Origin: Propionibacterium sp.
Lineage (GTDB): Bacteria > Actinomycetota > Actinomycetes > Propionibacteriales > Propionibacteriaceae
Direction: 5' to 3'
NCBI GenBank assembly: GCA_012838755.1
Contig: DUOQ01000286.1
Span: 1-59,543 of the forward strand
Length of the DNA: 59,543 bases
Translations under genes and position numbers: made by a program
Shown: positions 57,954 to 59,543 of the stretch, piece by piece
Numbering within the stretch: position 1 is the first letter of the stretch
How the letters are laid out: each line of letters starts with the position of its first letter
Notes under the pieces: generated by a model
Seen by the model: only the letters and a program-made list of their open reading frames with translations
What the model was told of the DNA's origin: nothing
The model's database searches: none

Positions 57954-59543
57954 GCGTCGACGCCAAGGCTGGAGCCGTCGAGAAGAGCGACCTGATCTCG
58001 GTGTTCATCGACGGCACCGAGGTGCAGGTGCCCAAGGGCACCCTCGCCATCCGCGCCGCCGAGATGATCGGCATCGACATCCCGCGGTTCTGCGACCACC
58101 CGCTGCTCGACCCTGTCGGCGCCTGCCGCCAGTGCATGGTCGAGGTGCCCGACATGGGCAACGGACGCGGCATGCCGAAGCCGCAGGCGTCCTGCACGCT
58201 CGAGGTGGCGCCGAACATGCAGATCCAGACGCAGGTGAGTTCCCCGGTGGCCGAGAAGGCCCAGAAGGGCATGCTCGAGTTCCTGCTGATCAACCACCCG
58301 CTGGACTGCCCCATCTGCGACAAGGGTGGCGAGTGCCCCCTGCAGAACCAGGCGATGTCGCACGGGTACGGCGAGTCCCGCTACGACGGCGTGAAGCGCA
58401 CGTTCCCCAAGCCGATCTCGGTGTCCGCCCAGGTCCTGCTCGACCGCGAGCGCTGCGTGCTGTGCGCGCGCTGCACCCGTTTCTCCGAGCAGATCTCCGG
58501 CGACCCGTTCATCGCCCTGGTCGAGCGCGGCGCGCTGCAGCAGGTCGGCTTCTACGAGGACGACCCCTACGACAGCTACTTCTCGGGCAACGTCATCCAG
58601 ATCTGCCCGGTGGGTGCGCTGACCAGCGCCGACTACCGCTTCCAGGCCCGCCCGTTCGACCTCGTGTCGACGCCGGTCACCTGCGAGCTCTGCGCGTCGG
58701 GTTGCCAGCTGCGGTCCGACCACCGTCACTACCAGGTCAAGCGTCGCCTCGCCGGCAACGCCCCCGAGGTCAACGAGGAGTGGAACTGCGACCGCGGTCG
58801 CTTCGCCTTCTACTACGGCCGCCAGGGCGACCGGCTCACGACCCCCCTGGTGCGTGACGGTGACGTCCTGCGCCCGGCGTCATGGCCCGAGGCCATCGAC
58901 GCCGCCGTGGCCGGCCTGAGGGCGGCCGGCAGCAACGTCGGCGTCCTGACCGGCGGACGCCTCACGCTCGAGAACGCCTACGGCTACGCGAAGTTCGCCC
59001 GCGCCGTCCTCGGCACGAACAACGTCGACTTCCGCAGCCGCCAGCACACGCTGGAGGAGGGGCAGTTCCTGGCCCACGCGGTGGCTGGCAAGCAGCTCGG
59101 TGACGGGGTCACGTACACCGAACTCGAGAACGCCAAGCAGGTCATCTGCGTCGGCTTCGAGCCCGAGGAGGAGAGCCCGATCGTCTTCCTCCGCCTGCGC
59201 AAGGCGGCCCGGAAGAAGGGCCTCAAGGTCGTCGCGGTCGCGCCGTACCTGACCAACGGCCAGACCAAGCTGGACGCCCACCTCGTCCCCACCGTGCCCG
59301 GCACGGAGGCCGAGGTCGTCTCCAAGCTCGACGCGGACGCCGACACGATCATCCTCGTCGGCGAGCGTGCGGCGGGCTCCCGTGGCGCCCTGTCCGCGGT
59401 GCTCGACCTGGCCGGCCGGACCGGCGCCCGCCTCGCGTGGGTCCCGCGTCGGGCCGGTGACCGGGGTGCCATCGAGGCCGGCTGCCTGCCGAACCTGCTG
59501 CCGGGCGGTCGCCCGGTGGCGGACGCCGGCGCCCGTGTCGACA
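57950..59543 (+). CDS. nuoG: NADH-quinone oxidoreductase subunit G (runs off the window end)
   Basis: [37 protein letters not shown]; no stop before the window end. Confidence 0.96.
   Translation, partial: MSVDAKAGAVEKSDLISVFIDGTEVQVPKGTLAIRAAEMIGIDIPRFCDHPLLDPVGACRQCMVEVPDMGNGRGMPKPQASCTLEVAPNMQIQTQVSSPVAEKAQKGMLEFLLINHPLDCPICDKGGECPLQNQAMSHGYGESRYDGVKRTFPKPISVSAQVLLDRERCVLCARCTRFSEQISGDPFIALVERGALQQVGFYEDDPYDSYFSGNVIQICPVGALTSADYRFQARPFDLVSTPVTCELCASGCQLRSDHRHYQVKRRLAGNAPEVNEEWNCDRGRFAFYYGRQGDRLTTPLVRDGDVLRPASWPEAIDAAVAGLRAAGSNVGVLTGGRLTLENAYGYAKFARAVLGTNNVDFRSRQHTLEEGQFLAHAVAGKQLGDGVTYTELENAKQVICVGFEPEEESPIVFLRLRKAARKKGLKVVAVAPYLTNGQTKLDAHLVPTVPGTEAEVVSKLDADADTIILVGERAAGSRGALSAVLDLAGRTGARLAWVPRRAGDRGAIEAGCLPNLLPGGRPVADAGARVD

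Noticed and set aside
56-59472. Many long alternative-frame and antisense ORFs in the track (e.g. 15764-18022 5' part, 19802-22279, 24215-26518, 26568-28649)
   Set aside because: Shadow ORFs expected in high-GC DNA; they overlap well-supported genes and lack recognisable motifs

Overview
High-GC (~70%) actinobacterial chromosome segment. Gene content and order (mca-greA, trhA-isoprenyl transferase, PhoH2, glpX, menA/menG/menJ, nuoA-G) suggest Propionibacteriaceae. It is mostly housekeeping and metabolic genes, with tRNA-Lys(UUU), an FMN riboswitch-ribXY unit, a lat-hglS-pcd lysine catabolism operon and a desaturase operon. Two features stand out. (1) At the left edge (1-132) a lower-GC non-coding element interrupts an ABC ATPase exactly at the Walker B motif. 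Its sequence carries two guide-like segments matching the left and right halves of a D-E-P-T-N-G coding target, the architecture of an IS110-family bridge RNA. It also supplies an in-frame SsrA-like tail (..YALAA*) to the truncated protein. (2) A 1.24-kb cassette (50121-51361) holds one AbiEi-like/DUF559-like nuclease gene between 69-bp inverted repeats, with a candidate 5-bp target duplication and two inverted DnaA boxes. Its repeat core recurs in gene-free REP/REPIN-like hairpins at 3532-3599 and 7856-7990. Smaller observations are an unannotated 23-aa protein with its own promoter, RBS and terminator, a membrane-anchored GroEL-apical-like protein, an operator shared by trhA and the desaturase operon, and several gene remnants. 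All calls are from motif recognition by eye; no database search was run.
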